From positions 1,312,001-1,376,000 of the forward strand of contig CBDCDC010000002.1 in assembly GCA_965215195.1 (NCBI GenBank): a DNA stretch of 64,000 bases. The letters are read 5' to 3'. The notes below the pieces were generated by a model. It made no database searches and was not told the origin of the DNA. It saw only the letters and a list, made by a program, of their open reading frames with translations. Position numbers and translations under genes: made by a program. This DNA comes from Candidatus Latescibacterota bacterium. GTDB taxonomy: Bacteria; Latescibacterota; UBA2968; UBA8231. Numbering within the stretch: the stretch's first letter is position 1; every line of letters starts with the position of its first letter. Shown piece after piece: positions 35,942 through 46,265 of the stretch.

Positions 35942-37180
35942 ATGCGCCTCCTCCGCCAACTCGACTTCCCGCTCCTAATTGCAACGTTGGCGACCGTACT
36001 AATCGGCATCATCGCGATCTATAGTGCTACGTATCACAACGATTCTACCGCAGTGCAGAACGCCTGGAGTAAGCAGGTCCAATTCGCGATCTTGGCCTTG
36101 GCCTTGGCCTTGGCGGTCGTCTATGTCCCGGAAAAGGTCATTTACAGCGTTGGTTATCTGCTGTACCTGAGCGGCATTGTGAGCCTAATCGCGGTGTTGG
36201 CTTGGGGCACGGGCGACGCTACCCGCTGGTTGCGCTTGGGGCCGTTGGTGTTGCAGCCTTCGGAGCTGGCCAAGATCGCGACCATCATCGCCCTAGCGCG
36301 CTACCTAAGCGACCGCAGCGTCGAGCGCATCAACTCCTTGGGCGGCTTTCTCGGGGCCTTGTTCCTCATCTTGGTGCCGCTCGCCTTGATTGTGCGCCAG
36401 CCCGACTTGGGGACCGCGGTTTCTTTTGGTGCGCCGCTTTTCCCCATGCTCTATTGGGCGGGGATGCGCAAGTTTTTCATCTTCCTCGTCGTTTCGCCGC
36501 TCATCAGCGTCATCTGCTCCTTAGATCCACTGTGGCAATGGGGCACTCCGTACGTCTTCGGCATCTTCCTCGTCGGCAGCACCTTCTTGATCCACCATTT
36601 TCTGCGCCAACTCTGGCTGACCATTTCCATGGCCTTAATCAACACCTCGGCGGGTTTGCTCACGGTGTACTTTTTAGAGCACTTCCTGCATCCATACCAG
36701 AAGGCCCGCATTATGACCTTCTTCAATCCAGAGAGCGATCCGCTCAGATCTGGGTGGAACATCATCCAGTCCAAGATCGCCATTGGCTCTGGAGGGCTGA
36801 CGGGCAAGGGCTTCCTAGAAGGCACGCAGACCAAGCACCAGTTCCTGCCGGCCGCTCATACTGATTTCATCTTTTCGGTCATCGGGGAGGAGGGGGGGTT
36901 TGTCGTGGCCCTGATAGTGCTGGGCTTGTTCTTTTTTCTCATCTATCGGGCACTGCACATCGCCTCCATGGCCAACAATGCCTTTTATAGCCTGACGGCC
37001 ATCGGCGTGGCCGCGATGCTGACCTTCCACGTGTTCATCAACATTGGCATGACCATCGGCGTCATGCCCATCACCGGCCTGCCGCTGCCCTTTCTCAGCT
37101 CGGGAGGCTCCTCGCTGTTGTCCAACCTCCTCGCCATCGGCCTGCTCCTCCACATCGACACCTACCGCCACGAGTTTTGA
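35942..37180 (+). CDS. rodA: Rod shape-determining protein RodA
   Basis: QPSELAK, QPDLGT, QSKIAIGSGG, HTDFIFS, TGLPLPFLS. Confidence 0.95.
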   Translation: MRLLRQLDFPLLIATLATVLIGIIAIYSATYHNDSTAVQNAWSKQVQFAILALALALAVVYVPEKVIYSVGYLLYLSGIVSLIAVLAWGTGDATRWLRLGPLVLQPSELAKIATIIALARYLSDRSVERINSLGGFLGALFLILVPLALIVRQPDLGTAVSFGAPLFPMLYWAGMRKFFIFLVVSPLISVICSLDPLWQWGTPYVFGIFLVGSTFLIHHFLRQLWLTISMALINTSAGLLTVYFLEHFLHPYQKARIMTFFNPESDPLRSGWNIIQSKIAIGSGGLTGKGFLEGTQTKHQFLPAAHTDFIFSVIGEEGGFVVALIVLGLFFFLIYRALHIASMANNAFYSLTAIGVAAMLTFHVFINIGMTIGVMPITGLPLPFLSSGGSSLLSNLLAIGLLLHIDTYRHEF

Positions 37181-38239
37181 ATGCGCGTCGCTAGACAGGC
37201 CGTTTGCTGCGCCCTGCTCGGCGCGTTCGTCATCAGCAACCCGCAATGCGGTACCTATCGAGCCGGACACGCCCAGCTAGCGCACACCTATCTGCGCGAC
37301 GGCCTCTATGGCCAAGCCCTCGCCGAAACCCGGCGCGCCATCCGCCAAGACGGGCCGGACGACCGCGTACTCCTCATCGCCGCCCTCGCCCGGCTGGGCC
37401 TAGACGAAGTGGATGCCGCACTAGAACTGATCGGCCAAGCCATTGCCTTGGCACCGGACAACGACGACCTGTACCGGGCCCTGCGCGACATTTGCCAAAG
37501 AGAACAGCGCTTCGCCCAAACCGAAAAGCTCCTCGCGCACCTGCGCGCAGACCACGGGCAGAGCGCGTCCCTGTGGGCGACCGAGGGCTGGCTCTACGCC
37601 CATCAGGAGCGGCCCGATGCCGCCGTAGAAGCACTGCGCCAAGCCATCCAACTCGACGGGCACCACCTCTTCGCCCACATTGAACTCGGCCGCCTCTTAA
37701 TTGCCGAGGGACGACTCGCCGCGGCCGAAACCGCGCTCGCCGCGGCCGTACACATGCAACCCGATAACCCCCAGCTCGTCCTCGCCTTGGGGGATTGCCA
37801 GCTCCGCCAAGGGCTTGCTGAGCGGGCCGCCCACACTTTTGCCCAAGCACTGGAGGCCGGGGTCATCAGTGCAGTTGACATCGCCCGCACCTACTACGAG
37901 CGCGAGCGGCCCGACCGCGCCATTGAATACTACGAGCGCGCCTTGGCCGGTGCTCCAGACGATCCGCTGATCCTCAATAACTTGGCTTGGACCTATGCAG
38001 AAGAGGGCCTGCGCCTTAGCTATGCCCTGAATCTGTCGATGCGCGCGGTCAAGCTCGACGCAGAAAGCTCGGTCTATTTGGACACCTATGCGGAATTGCT
38101 GCACCTGTTGGGGCGGCACGCCCACGCGGTGGCCATTATGCGCCAAGCCCTCGCGCTCGAGCCGACCGACGGCGAGCACCGGGCCTATCTCGAAGGCCAG
38201 ATGGCGAAATTCCGCCGTGCGCTCGCCGCACACCTGTGA
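37181..38239 (+). CDS. Tetratricopeptide repeat protein
   Basis: Multiple TPR motifs, e.g. AIEYYERALAGAPDDPLILNNLAW. Confidence 0.85.
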   Translation: MRVARQAVCCALLGAFVISNPQCGTYRAGHAQLAHTYLRDGLYGQALAETRRAIRQDGPDDRVLLIAALARLGLDEVDAALELIGQAIALAPDNDDLYRALRDICQREQRFAQTEKLLAHLRADHGQSASLWATEGWLYAHQERPDAAVEALRQAIQLDGHHLFAHIELGRLLIAEGRLAAAETALAAAVHMQPDNPQLVLALGDCQLRQGLAERAAHTFAQALEAGVISAVDIARTYYERERPDRAIEYYERALAGAPDDPLILNNLAWTYAEEGLRLSYALNLSMRAVKLDAESSVYLDTYAELLHLLGRHAHAVAIMRQALALEPTDGEHRAYLEGQMAKFRRALAAHL

Positions 38240-38240
38240 G

Positions 38241-39275
38241 TTAGGTTCGGTAGTGTTGGTAGTCGATATCGAGGTGTTCTAGCTTTGCGTACAGGCTTTT
38301 GCGCGACAAACCCACGTCTTCGGCCACTTGCGAAATCACCCCGCGGTGCCGGTGCAAGGCGTCGCAGAGGAAGTGCCGCTCAAACGAGTTCCGCGCTTCC
38401 CTAAAACCGCGCTCGCTCAGGTCGGGCTCTTCTTCGTCCTTCCAGTGGACGATCTCTTCGGGCACGTCTTCCTCCCGCAACAAGCTGTCGCTCGCGAGGA
38501 GGACCATGCGCTCGAGCGCGTTTTCCAACTGCCGCACATTGCCCGGCCACGGATAGGCCAAGAAGTGGTTTAAGGCCGCGGCGTCGAGCCCGAGAATTTT
38601 GCACCCGTTTTGCGCCGCCAGCCGGCGGATGAAGTATTCGATCAACAGGGGAATGTCTCCTTTGCGCTGGCGCAGCGGCGGCAGCTTCAGCGGCACGACA
38701 TTGAGCCGGTAGAAGAGGTCTTCGCGGAAGGCTCCTTTGCGGATCTCCTCTCGCAAATCGACGTTAGTAGCGGCGATGACCCGCACATCCACCTGCAAGG
38801 TCTCCGCGCCCCCGACGCGCTCGAACTCGCGCTCTTGCAAAACGCGCAACAGGCGCAGTTGCACGCGCATATCGGCCGCGCCAATCTCGTCGAGAAACAA
38901 GGTGCCGCGATCGGCTAGCTCAAAGCGACCTAAGCGCTGGCGGATCGCGCCGGTAAAGGCTCCTTTCTCGTGCCCGAACAGCTCGCTCTCCAACACGCCT
39001 TCGGGCAGCGAGGCGCAGTTGAGCCGCACAAACGAGGCCCTGCGCCTTGGGCTGCGCCCGTGCAAGCGCCTCGCCAGTACTTCTTTGCCGGTGCCGCTTT
39101 CTCCGGTGAGGAGCACGGTCGCCGGGGACTCGGCGACCCGGTCGGCTTGGGCTAGCAGGCGGCGGACTTGGGCGTTTTGGGTGATAAATTCGGGATGGTC
39201 AGTACAGCGGGGGGAGGACGCGCCCATTCGCGTAGCCGCGTCCGAGTTAGCAGACGTACAAGAATACACAGACAA
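38241..39275 (-). CDS. Sigma-54-dependent transcriptional activator lacking an N-terminal sensor domain
   Basis: GESGTGKE, ESELFGHEKGAFTGA, FLDEIG, WPGNVRQL, C-terminal HTH. Confidence 0.92.
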   Translation of the reverse strand: MSVYSCTSANSDAATRMGASSPRCTDHPEFITQNAQVRRLLAQADRVAESPATVLLTGESGTGKEVLARRLHGRSPRRRASFVRLNCASLPEGVLESELFGHEKGAFTGAIRQRLGRFELADRGTLFLDEIGAADMRVQLRLLRVLQEREFERVGGAETLQVDVRVIAATNVDLREEIRKGAFREDLFYRLNVVPLKLPPLRQRKGDIPLLIEYFIRRLAAQNGCKILGLDAAALNHFLAYPWPGNVRQLENALERMVLLASDSLLREEDVPEEIVHWKDEEEPDLSERGFREARNSFERHFLCDALHRHRGVISQVAEDVGLSRKSLYAKLEHLDIDYQHYRT

Positions 39276-39314
39276 CCTCCCTTCCTCATTTGGATATTTA
39301 ATACAAAAGTGAAT

Positions 39315-39342
39315 ATAATATGAGAATGCAAATAGTTGTCAA
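39315..39342 (-). promoter_or_regulatory. Sigma70-like promoter for the sigma-54 activator
   Basis: TTGACA-16bp-TATTAT on the minus strand in an AT-rich gap. Confidence 0.55.
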
Positions 39343-39366
39343 GAACAACCAATGCGGATGGGGGGA

Positions 39367-40143
39367 TCAGGCCAAGACAGAGGGCCTAGCGGCGCATATC
39401 TCGGAAACCAAGCTATTGTAGTTGTTGGCTCCTCTCGATTCTGCGTCGTAGAGCACGACGGGCTGGCTAAAACCCGGGGCCTCGGCCAAGGTGATGTTGC
39501 GGCTGATGATCGTCTGATAGACCTTGTCGCCGAAGTGGTTGCGCACTTCTTGAGCCACGCGGCGACAAAGCTGCAAGCGAGCGTCGTACAGGGTGAGTAA
39601 AACGCCCTCAATTTCGAGGGTGGGGTTGAGATAGCGCCGCACCACGCGGATGGTATCGCTGAGCTTGCTCACGCCCTCTAAGGCATAGTACTCGCATTGC
39701 ACCGGGATGAGCACGGAATCGGCCGCGCTCAGCGCGTTGATCGTGAGCAAACCCAAAGACGGCGGGCAATCAATGAGAATAAATTCGTACTGCCCCTTTA
39801 CCGGATGCAGGGCTTCGGCCAGCCGCTTGTCGCGCCCAACCATGGCGGCCATCTCCACTTCAGCACCCGCGAGGCGGATGTGCCCGGGCACTACGAAGAG
39901 GTCCTTTATATAGGTGGGAAAGGTCGCCGAGGAGATGCTGAGCTGGCCTATCAAAACCTCGTAGGTAGAGGCGTAGTCGCTGCCGAGCGCGGCGTCGCAA
40001 CTACTAGTGGCATTGGCCTGCGGGTCTAAGTCGATGAGGAGGGTGGGGTGCCCGGAAAGGGCCAAACAGGCGGCGAGATTGACGGCCGTGGTGGTCTTGC
40101 CCACCCCGCCTTTTTGATTGGCGATAGCGATGATTTTGCCCAT
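39367..40143 (-). CDS. parA: ParA/Soj family ATPase
   Basis: IANQKGGVGKTTT, DLDPQANAT, DCPPSLG, PVQCEYYALEG, LAEAP. Confidence 0.92.
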   Translation of the reverse strand: MGKIIAIANQKGGVGKTTTAVNLAACLALSGHPTLLIDLDPQANATSSCDAALGSDYASTYEVLIGQLSISSATFPTYIKDLFVVPGHIRLAGAEVEMAAMVGRDKRLAEALHPVKGQYEFILIDCPPSLGLLTINALSAADSVLIPVQCEYYALEGVSKLSDTIRVVRRYLNPTLEIEGVLLTLYDARLQLCRRVAQEVRNHFGDKVYQTIISRNITLAEAPGFSQPVVLYDAESRGANNYNSLVSEICAARPSVLA

Positions 40144-40637
40144 GTCGATATTTTGCCCCGTGAAAGTCTGCAAAAAGGCTCAATCAGCTAGATCGGAGCG
40201 CACCCAAGCGCAATTCCGTGCTATTTAATGAGCAAAAAATAAAGCGGGCTAACTGATCGCTCCCACAGCAAAAGGGAGCCGCCAAAACTGTACTCAGGGG
40301 AGTTGTACAGAAGGCCTTCATCACCGCCTCTTCTTCAATATAAAGCGGTGTAATGGCTCGTCAAGGGATTGTACCGATTTGGTTATAGGCGAATAAAATA
40401 AAATTCATAACATTATATAAAATAAGATGTTATAACTTTTCAATAAATGAATTACAACCTCTGTGGCCTGCGGCGGGCGTAGTTCCTTATTATTCTTTTT
40501 CCCCTAAGTACACGACACCAATAACTTGTCGTTGATGGGCGATGAGTCCGGGATCGAGGGCGTCCCGCCCTCGACGAGGGTAAGGCCCTACTGTCGTGTA
40601 CTTAGCTTTTTCCCATAAAATCCAAAAGCAAAAAGCG

Positions 40638-41438
40638 ATGCAAAGCGATTCCACGTTCTCAGAATTAGTTGCTATCATGGCGCGTCTGCGCGGCCCCAAT
40701 GGCTGCCCTTGGGACCGCCAGCAGACGCACGCCACGCTCAGGCCCTATCTGTTGGAGGAGGCGCACGAGGCCCTCGAAGCCATTGACGCGGAAGACGACG
40801 CCGAGCTGTGCAAGGAGCTGGGCGATGTGTTGCTGCAAGTGGTGTTCCACGCCCAGATCGCGGCCGAGGAGGGCCGCTTCGACATTGAGGCGGTCGGCCA
40901 AGCCATCGTCGAGAAGCTGATTCGCCGCCATCCCCACGTCTTTGACGATGAGAGTGCGGACGGGGCCGACGAGGTTTTGCGCCGCTGGGAGCAGATCAAA
41001 AAGCAGGAGCGCCAAGAGCAAGGGAAAGCCGCGCCTTCACTGCTGGAGGGCATTCCCAAGCAGCTCCCCGCCCTAATGCGCGCCCAGCGGATCCAAGCGC
41101 GCGTCGCACAGCAGGGGTTTGATTGGGACGACATTGATGGCGCACTCGACAAGGTCGCAGAGGAATTCGCCGAAGTGCGCGAGGCTTGGGAGACGGGTGG
41201 GGCCGCAGCGGTCGAGGAGGAGTTTGGCGACCTGCTCTTCTCGCTGGTCAACGCCAGCCGCTTCCTCAAAGTAGATCCCGAGCAGGCCCTCAGGCGTGCA
41301 GTCGCCAAATTCGAGCGCCGCTTCCGCGCCCTAGAGGAGACCGTGCATGCGCGGGGCGAAGAAGTAGCTGCGCTCTCGCTGGCGGCCCTAGACGAGATAT
41401 GGGACGAGGTGAAAGCGCGCCAACGGGCCGAAGAATAA
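40638..41438 (+). CDS. mazG: Nucleoside triphosphate pyrophosphohydrolase
   Basis: GCPWDRQQT, ELGDVLLQVVFH, KLIRRHPHVF, EEFGDLLF. Confidence 0.95.
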   Translation: MQSDSTFSELVAIMARLRGPNGCPWDRQQTHATLRPYLLEEAHEALEAIDAEDDAELCKELGDVLLQVVFHAQIAAEEGRFDIEAVGQAIVEKLIRRHPHVFDDESADGADEVLRRWEQIKKQERQEQGKAAPSLLEGIPKQLPALMRAQRIQARVAQQGFDWDDIDGALDKVAEEFAEVREAWETGGAAAVEEEFGDLLFSLVNASRFLKVDPEQALRRAVAKFERRFRALEETVHARGEEVAALSLAALDEIWDEVKARQRAEE

Positions 41439-41447
41439 GGAGGCGAC

Positions 41448-42161
41448 ATGGAGCTGGCCCTCGACAGGGTTCCCCTCCGCGTTGACGTGCTCTTTTTCGC
41501 CGCGGTCTTGGGCGTTTTGGCACTTTTGCTGTTGGCCGTGCGCACTGCTGCGCAGCGCACCAGCCAATCCGCCGACCGGTGGACGAGGTGGGCGGCGGCT
41601 GGAGCGGGGCTCTGGCTGGTATCGACCGGCCTGGCCGCGCTCTCGGGTGCGCTACGCGACTTTTCGCTACCCCTCTTTACAGCCTTGATGATCCTAACGA
41701 GCGGCGCGGCCTTTTCGCGGGTGGGGGCCGCGCTGATGGCTGCGGTCGGTCCGGTCGGCCTGATTGGCTTCCAGTTTTTCCGCATGCCGCTGGCTATGTT
41801 CCTCCAAGGGATGTACCAAGCCGGGCAGGCGCCGGTGCAGATGACCTACGAGGGGCTCAACTTCGACATCTTCGTCGGCTCAACCGCGCCGGCCATGGCT
41901 TGGCTAGTTTGGCGCGGCAAGGTGGGATCCTACGCGATATGGGCTTGGAATGCACTTGGACTGGTGCTGCTGGCCAATGCGGTCGTCGTCGCGGCCCTCT
42001 CCATGCCAACCGAGTTCCGCGTCTTCACCAACGAGCCGACGAGCGCGTTCGCGACCTACGCGCCCTACGTCTGGCTGCCAACGGTCTTGGCACCAGCCGC
42101 CCTAGTGGGTCATTTGCTGGTACTGCGCTGGCTGCTGTCGAGTTGCTCCGGGTCGAGGTAA
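41448..42161 (+). CDS. Uncharacterised integral membrane protein
   Basis: AGGAGG RBS; 6-7 hydrophobic segments; QMTYEGLNFDI, PYVWLP motifs. Confidence 0.7.
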   Translation: MELALDRVPLRVDVLFFAAVLGVLALLLLAVRTAAQRTSQSADRWTRWAAAGAGLWLVSTGLAALSGALRDFSLPLFTALMILTSGAAFSRVGAALMAAVGPVGLIGFQFFRMPLAMFLQGMYQAGQAPVQMTYEGLNFDIFVGSTAPAMAWLVWRGKVGSYAIWAWNALGLVLLANAVVVAALSMPTEFRVFTNEPTSAFATYAPYVWLPTVLAPAALVGHLLVLRWLLSSCSGSR

Positions 42162-43642
42162 TCCATGGCCGGATCGAGTTTCCAGCGGCACTGGTCGGGC
42201 GGCTGCACAGTGCGGCCCCACGCGGCTAGGATGGCCCGGTCGGCGCGCAGCGCGGCCAGGCGCGCAGCAATCCACTCTGGGTCCCACCCGTCCAAGACTT
42301 CGGCTTTGAGCGCGGCCAGCGTCTCTTGGTGCGCCGGATCGGCCGCTAGGTCGCAGCGCTCGCGTGGGTCGGCTCGGAGGTCGAAAAGCTGGCAGGGCTG
42401 GCCGTGGTAGTAGTTGAGCTTCCACGGCCCGCGCCGAATCATGCGCTGAAAAATGCCCTCTTGTGGGAAGGGGCCGCCGGCCCCGGCCGCGTCTTGGCAG
42501 AACTCGGAGAAAGCGACGTCGTCCCACGCGGCGTTTTGGGGATCCGCGAGCAAGGGCAGTAGGCTGCGGCCCCGCGAGCCGGGCAGGGACGGGCAGCCCA
42601 AGGCGTCGAGCATGGTCGCGTTGAGGTCGAGCGAAGAAATCACCCGGTCGCAACGAATGCCGGCGGGCAAGCGCCCGGGCCAAGCGAGTATAGCCGGCAC
42701 CTTAACCGAGTCCTCGTAAAAGGTCTGCTTCCACCACAGCCCGTGCTCGCCGACCTGCTCGCCGTGGTCCGACGTATAGAGGACGAGGGTATTTTCCTCC
42801 AAGTCGTTTTCCCGCAGCGCGGCCGCGATCTGGCCGATCAGCGCGTCCATGCGGTGGACTAGCGCCCAATAGGCAGCGCGGGCGCGGCGGGTCTCTTCCG
42901 CGCTGACTTCCTCGATCTCGCAGGCTTGACGCCAGCGTTTGATGTGGGGGTGTAGGTGGTCGCCGAAGGGTTCGGGGGTTTGCGGCGGACCCATGTTTTC
43001 ATAGTAGTAGCGATAGTCTTGCAAGCGGGCGACAAAGGGCTGGTGCGGCAGCATGAAACCAACCGAGAGCGAGAACGGCTCTGCTGCTTGGCCGGCGCGC
43101 TTGGCCACGCCGAGGCGGTTGAGAAAGTCAACGGCAGCGGCGGCCACGTCTTCGTCGTGGACTTGGTAGGCACTCTGGCCGTGGCCGGACAGGCGCAGGC
43201 TGACGCGGCTCGGCCCGGCCGTGCCGGCGAGTTGGCCGTGGTCGACGCCTTGGCCCCCGGGCTGGTTGGGGCCGTGGTCGCCAACGAGCCGCTCGGCGTA
43301 CCCGCGCAGCTGATCCGGCCCAACCGAGTGCATGCGGCCCACGAGTGCGGGGCGGTAGCCGCCCGCGCCCATGGCGTGGGCGAGGGTGGGGATGCCAGAG
43401 TCGAGGATGTGGGTATTGGTCCAGACTTGGTTGTCGCAGGGGTAGCGGCCCGAGAGCATGGACATCCGCGAGGGCACGCAAATCGGCGAGGGGCAATAGG
43501 TGTTGTCGAACACCACGCCACGGGCGGCGAGGGCATCGAGGTGGGGGGTCTCGACCAAGGGATCGCCATAGCAGCCGGCCACGTAGGGGCTGTGTTGGTC
43601 GGAGTGGATGTAAAGCAGGTTGGGGCGGGGGTCTCGGCTCAT
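42110..43642 (-). CDS. Formylglycine-dependent sulfatase (choline-sulfatase-like)
   Basis: PNLLYIHSDQH, CVPSR (CxPxR), GRMH, YTSDHGE, KQTFYEDS. Confidence 0.92.
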   Translation of the reverse strand: MSRDPRPNLLYIHSDQHSPYVAGCYGDPLVETPHLDALAARGVVFDNTYCPSPICVPSRMSMLSGRYPCDNQVWTNTHILDSGIPTLAHAMGAGGYRPALVGRMHSVGPDQLRGYAERLVGDHGPNQPGGQGVDHGQLAGTAGPSRVSLRLSGHGQSAYQVHDEDVAAAAVDFLNRLGVAKRAGQAAEPFSLSVGFMLPHQPFVARLQDYRYYYENMGPPQTPEPFGDHLHPHIKRWRQACEIEEVSAEETRRARAAYWALVHRMDALIGQIAAALRENDLEENTLVLYTSDHGEQVGEHGLWWKQTFYEDSVKVPAILAWPGRLPAGIRCDRVISSLDLNATMLDALGCPSLPGSRGRSLLPLLADPQNAAWDDVAFSEFCQDAAGAGGPFPQEGIFQRMIRRGPWKLNYYHGQPCQLFDLRADPRERCDLAADPAHQETLAALKAEVLDGWDPEWIAARLAALRADRAILAAWGRTVQPPDQCRWKLDPAMDYLDPEQLDSSQRSTSK

Positions 43643-43760
43643 AATGGACCTTGGCGGTTAGACGGTGTGCTCGACAAGGTACGCGGCTGGTTGGAGCCGA
43701 GCAAGATGGCGGGACAGGTTGTATTTTTTAACGGCGAATCGCAAGCCATGGAGATTGGAT

Positions 43761-44564
43761 ATGCAAGGTAAAAAAGCCGCCAAGCCGGCGAAGATGAAGC
43801 GGAAGATCTACGAGCGCGAATTGACCAAGTTGCACCACGAGCTGGTCAAGTTGCAGCACTGGATTAAGGACCAAGGCTTGCGGGTCGCAATCGTCTTTGA
43901 GGGGCGCGACACGGCCGGCAAGGGCGGGATCGTCAAGCGCATCACCGAGCCGCTCAATCCGCGCGGCGCACGCGTGGTGGCCTTGGGCACGCCCTCGGAC
44001 CGCGAGCGCACCCAGTGGTACTTCCAGCGCTACGTGGCCCACCTGCCAGCCGCGGGCGAGATCGCGATCTTCGACCGCAGCTGGTACAACCGCAGCGGCG
44101 TTGAGCGGGTCTTCGGCTTTTGCACCGAAGAGGAGTATTGGGAGTTTCTCCACTCGTGCCCAGAGTTTGAGCGCATGCTAGTGCGCTCGGGAATTATCCT
44201 GCTCAAGTACTGGCTCTCAGTGAGCGAGGAAGAGCAAGAAAGGCGCTTTCAGGAGCGCGCCCGGAATCCGCTCAAGCACTGGAAGCTCTCCGCTATAGAT
44301 CTCAAGTCGCGGAACATGTGGGTCGAGTACTCCAAGGCCAAAGACGAGGCGTTTTTCTACACGGACATTCCCGAAGCACCTTGGTACACGGTCGAAGCCG
44401 ACGACAAGCGCCGGGCGCGTCTCAACTGCATCGCGCACATCCTCAGCCAACTGCCCTACAAAGACGTGATGCCGCAAAAAATCGAGCTGCCGCCGCGCCC
44501 GCCTCACGGCGAGTACCAGCGTCCGCCCCACAGCAAGTTGCACTTTGTCGATGAGAAGTACTGA
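43761..44564 (+). CDS. ppk2: Polyphosphate kinase 2
   Basis: FEGRDTAGKGG, QWYFQRY, FDRSWYNR, DDKRRARLNCI. Confidence 0.95.
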   Translation: MQGKKAAKPAKMKRKIYERELTKLHHELVKLQHWIKDQGLRVAIVFEGRDTAGKGGIVKRITEPLNPRGARVVALGTPSDRERTQWYFQRYVAHLPAAGEIAIFDRSWYNRSGVERVFGFCTEEEYWEFLHSCPEFERMLVRSGIILLKYWLSVSEEEQERRFQERARNPLKHWKLSAIDLKSRNMWVEYSKAKDEAFFYTDIPEAPWYTVEADDKRRARLNCIAHILSQLPYKDVMPQKIELPPRPPHGEYQRPPHSKLHFVDEKY

Positions 44565-44610
44565 AAAGCGGTTTTGCAACTTGCCCGAGTTGCTGCGGGC
44601 GCCGTGCGGC

Positions 44611-46128
44611 ATGCCCCTCTTTATCGTCGCGGCGACATTCCTCGTAGGGGTCTGGACCTTTGACGCCAAACTTTCTCTGAGCGGCGACAACGCCGAATTC
44701 ATTACGCTGGCGCACAGTCTGGCCCAAGGCGAGGGGCTTTTGCACATCAACTCGCCCGATCCGCAGCCAGCGACCAAGTACCCGTTTGGCTTTCCCCTTT
44801 TGCTGGCACCTATGGCGTGGGCTTTCCCCGGCGATTGGGTGCCCATGAAGGCCTGGGTGCTGGTGCTCTTTGCACTGGGCATGGGGGTGCTCTACCAGTT
44901 GGCCAAGGAGCGGGTGGGCGTCTTGCCCGGCTTGGCAGTGGTGGCGCTGAGCCTTATGGCCGGCAAGAGCTATTTGACGCACGGCCCGACCGGCCCAGCC
45001 TACGGCCCGCTGCTGCTGCACTACGCACACCAAGTCATGTCCGAAGTGCCCTATCTGACTTTTTCGCTTTTGGCGCTGTGGCTCGTCGAACGGGGCGTTG
45101 GGCGCGAGCCCCTCAAGGGAAATTGGTGCCTCGTCGGCGGGTTTGCCTGCACCATTTGGGCGTACTACATCCGCACGGCTGGGATCGCGCTAGTGGCGGC
45201 TGTGGTGGTCTATTTGTTGGTCCGGCGCGATTTCCGGCGGGGTTCGCTCTTTGGCGGCGCGGCATTTGTCTGCTATCTGCCGTGGGCCTTGCGCAACCAA
45301 GCGGTGGGCGGCGGCAGCGTCTATATCAAACAGCTCTTCATGGTCAATCCCTACCACCCAGAGCGGGGCTTGCTCGACGTGGGCGGCCTTGTCGAGCGCT
45401 TCATCGGCCATACGCATGGCTATTTGACGCGGGAATTGCCCAATACCCTAGTGCCTTTTTTTAACGGCACCGAGACGATCCTGCATCCCGCCCCCTTGTT
45501 GCTGATCGCGCTCGCCGTTGCCGCGACAGCACTCTGCATCAAGCGCGGCCAACACCTGCTGCTCCTGCTCTACGCGGCCTTCTCTATAGGTATAGTGTTG
45601 CTCTGGCCCTGGCCGGGGGATCGCTTTTTGCTGCCCATTGTGCCGGTGCTCGTCTTGTTGGGGGTGTGGGCCGTTTTGCAAATCCGCGACAGACTGGCCG
45701 GGGGCCGTGTGGGCAAGTTCGCAGTATGGGGTTGCTTTCTCGCCTGCGTCAGCGGCCAAGTTGGCGGGGTCAAGCGCCTAGCCGACTACGCCGCCGCCGA
45801 CTACCCCCCGCCTTGGCGCCGCTACTACCAAGCCGGTCAATGGCTCAAAGCCAATGCGCCGGAAGACGCCATCGTGCTGTGCCGCAAGGGCTACTGGATG
45901 TACATCGCCTCGGGCCGGCGTTGCGTCGGCTTTCCCTTTGACGAGCCGGCCAAAGTGCTGGCCCACATGGAGCGCAAAAAGGTGGATTACGTCGTGCTGG
46001 AGAGCCTCGGTTTTCCGCAAACTTGGCAGTACCTGTACCCAGCCATCAAGGAATACGAGAGCCGCTTTCAGATGGTGTGGCACGACCCGGTGGTCCCGAC
46101 GTATGTACTGCGTTTTCTCCGGCCCTAG
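44611..46128 (+). CDS. GT-C fold membrane glycosyltransferase (PMT/ArnT-like); start uncertain (44545-44611)
   Basis: GDNAEFITLA..KYPFGFPLLLA, VMSEVPY, many TM helices, RFLLPIVP. Confidence 0.75.
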   Translation: MPLFIVAATFLVGVWTFDAKLSLSGDNAEFITLAHSLAQGEGLLHINSPDPQPATKYPFGFPLLLAPMAWAFPGDWVPMKAWVLVLFALGMGVLYQLAKERVGVLPGLAVVALSLMAGKSYLTHGPTGPAYGPLLLHYAHQVMSEVPYLTFSLLALWLVERGVGREPLKGNWCLVGGFACTIWAYYIRTAGIALVAAVVVYLLVRRDFRRGSLFGGAAFVCYLPWALRNQAVGGGSVYIKQLFMVNPYHPERGLLDVGGLVERFIGHTHGYLTRELPNTLVPFFNGTETILHPAPLLLIALAVAATALCIKRGQHLLLLLYAAFSIGIVLLWPWPGDRFLLPIVPVLVLLGVWAVLQIRDRLAGGRVGKFAVWGCFLACVSGQVGGVKRLADYAAADYPPPWRRYYQAGQWLKANAPEDAIVLCRKGYWMYIASGRRCVGFPFDEPAKVLAHMERKKVDYVVLESLGFPQTWQYLYPAIKEYESRFQMVWHDPVVPTYVLRFLRP

Positions 46129-46265
46129 TGCGCTCGGCCGCGGCCTCCACCATTTCCCGTATTCGCACCTCGCTGCCGACTTTGAATTTTTATGCAAGTC
46201 TTGGGCGACCAGCCCCGCCTGCACGGTCAGTGCCACGTTTTACTCCCTGACCGCAATGCACAAGC

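Noticed and set aside
40400-40436. dif site or oriC
   Set aside because: Only a partial XerD-arm resemblance, no XerC arm at the correct spacing, and no cluster of DnaA boxes.
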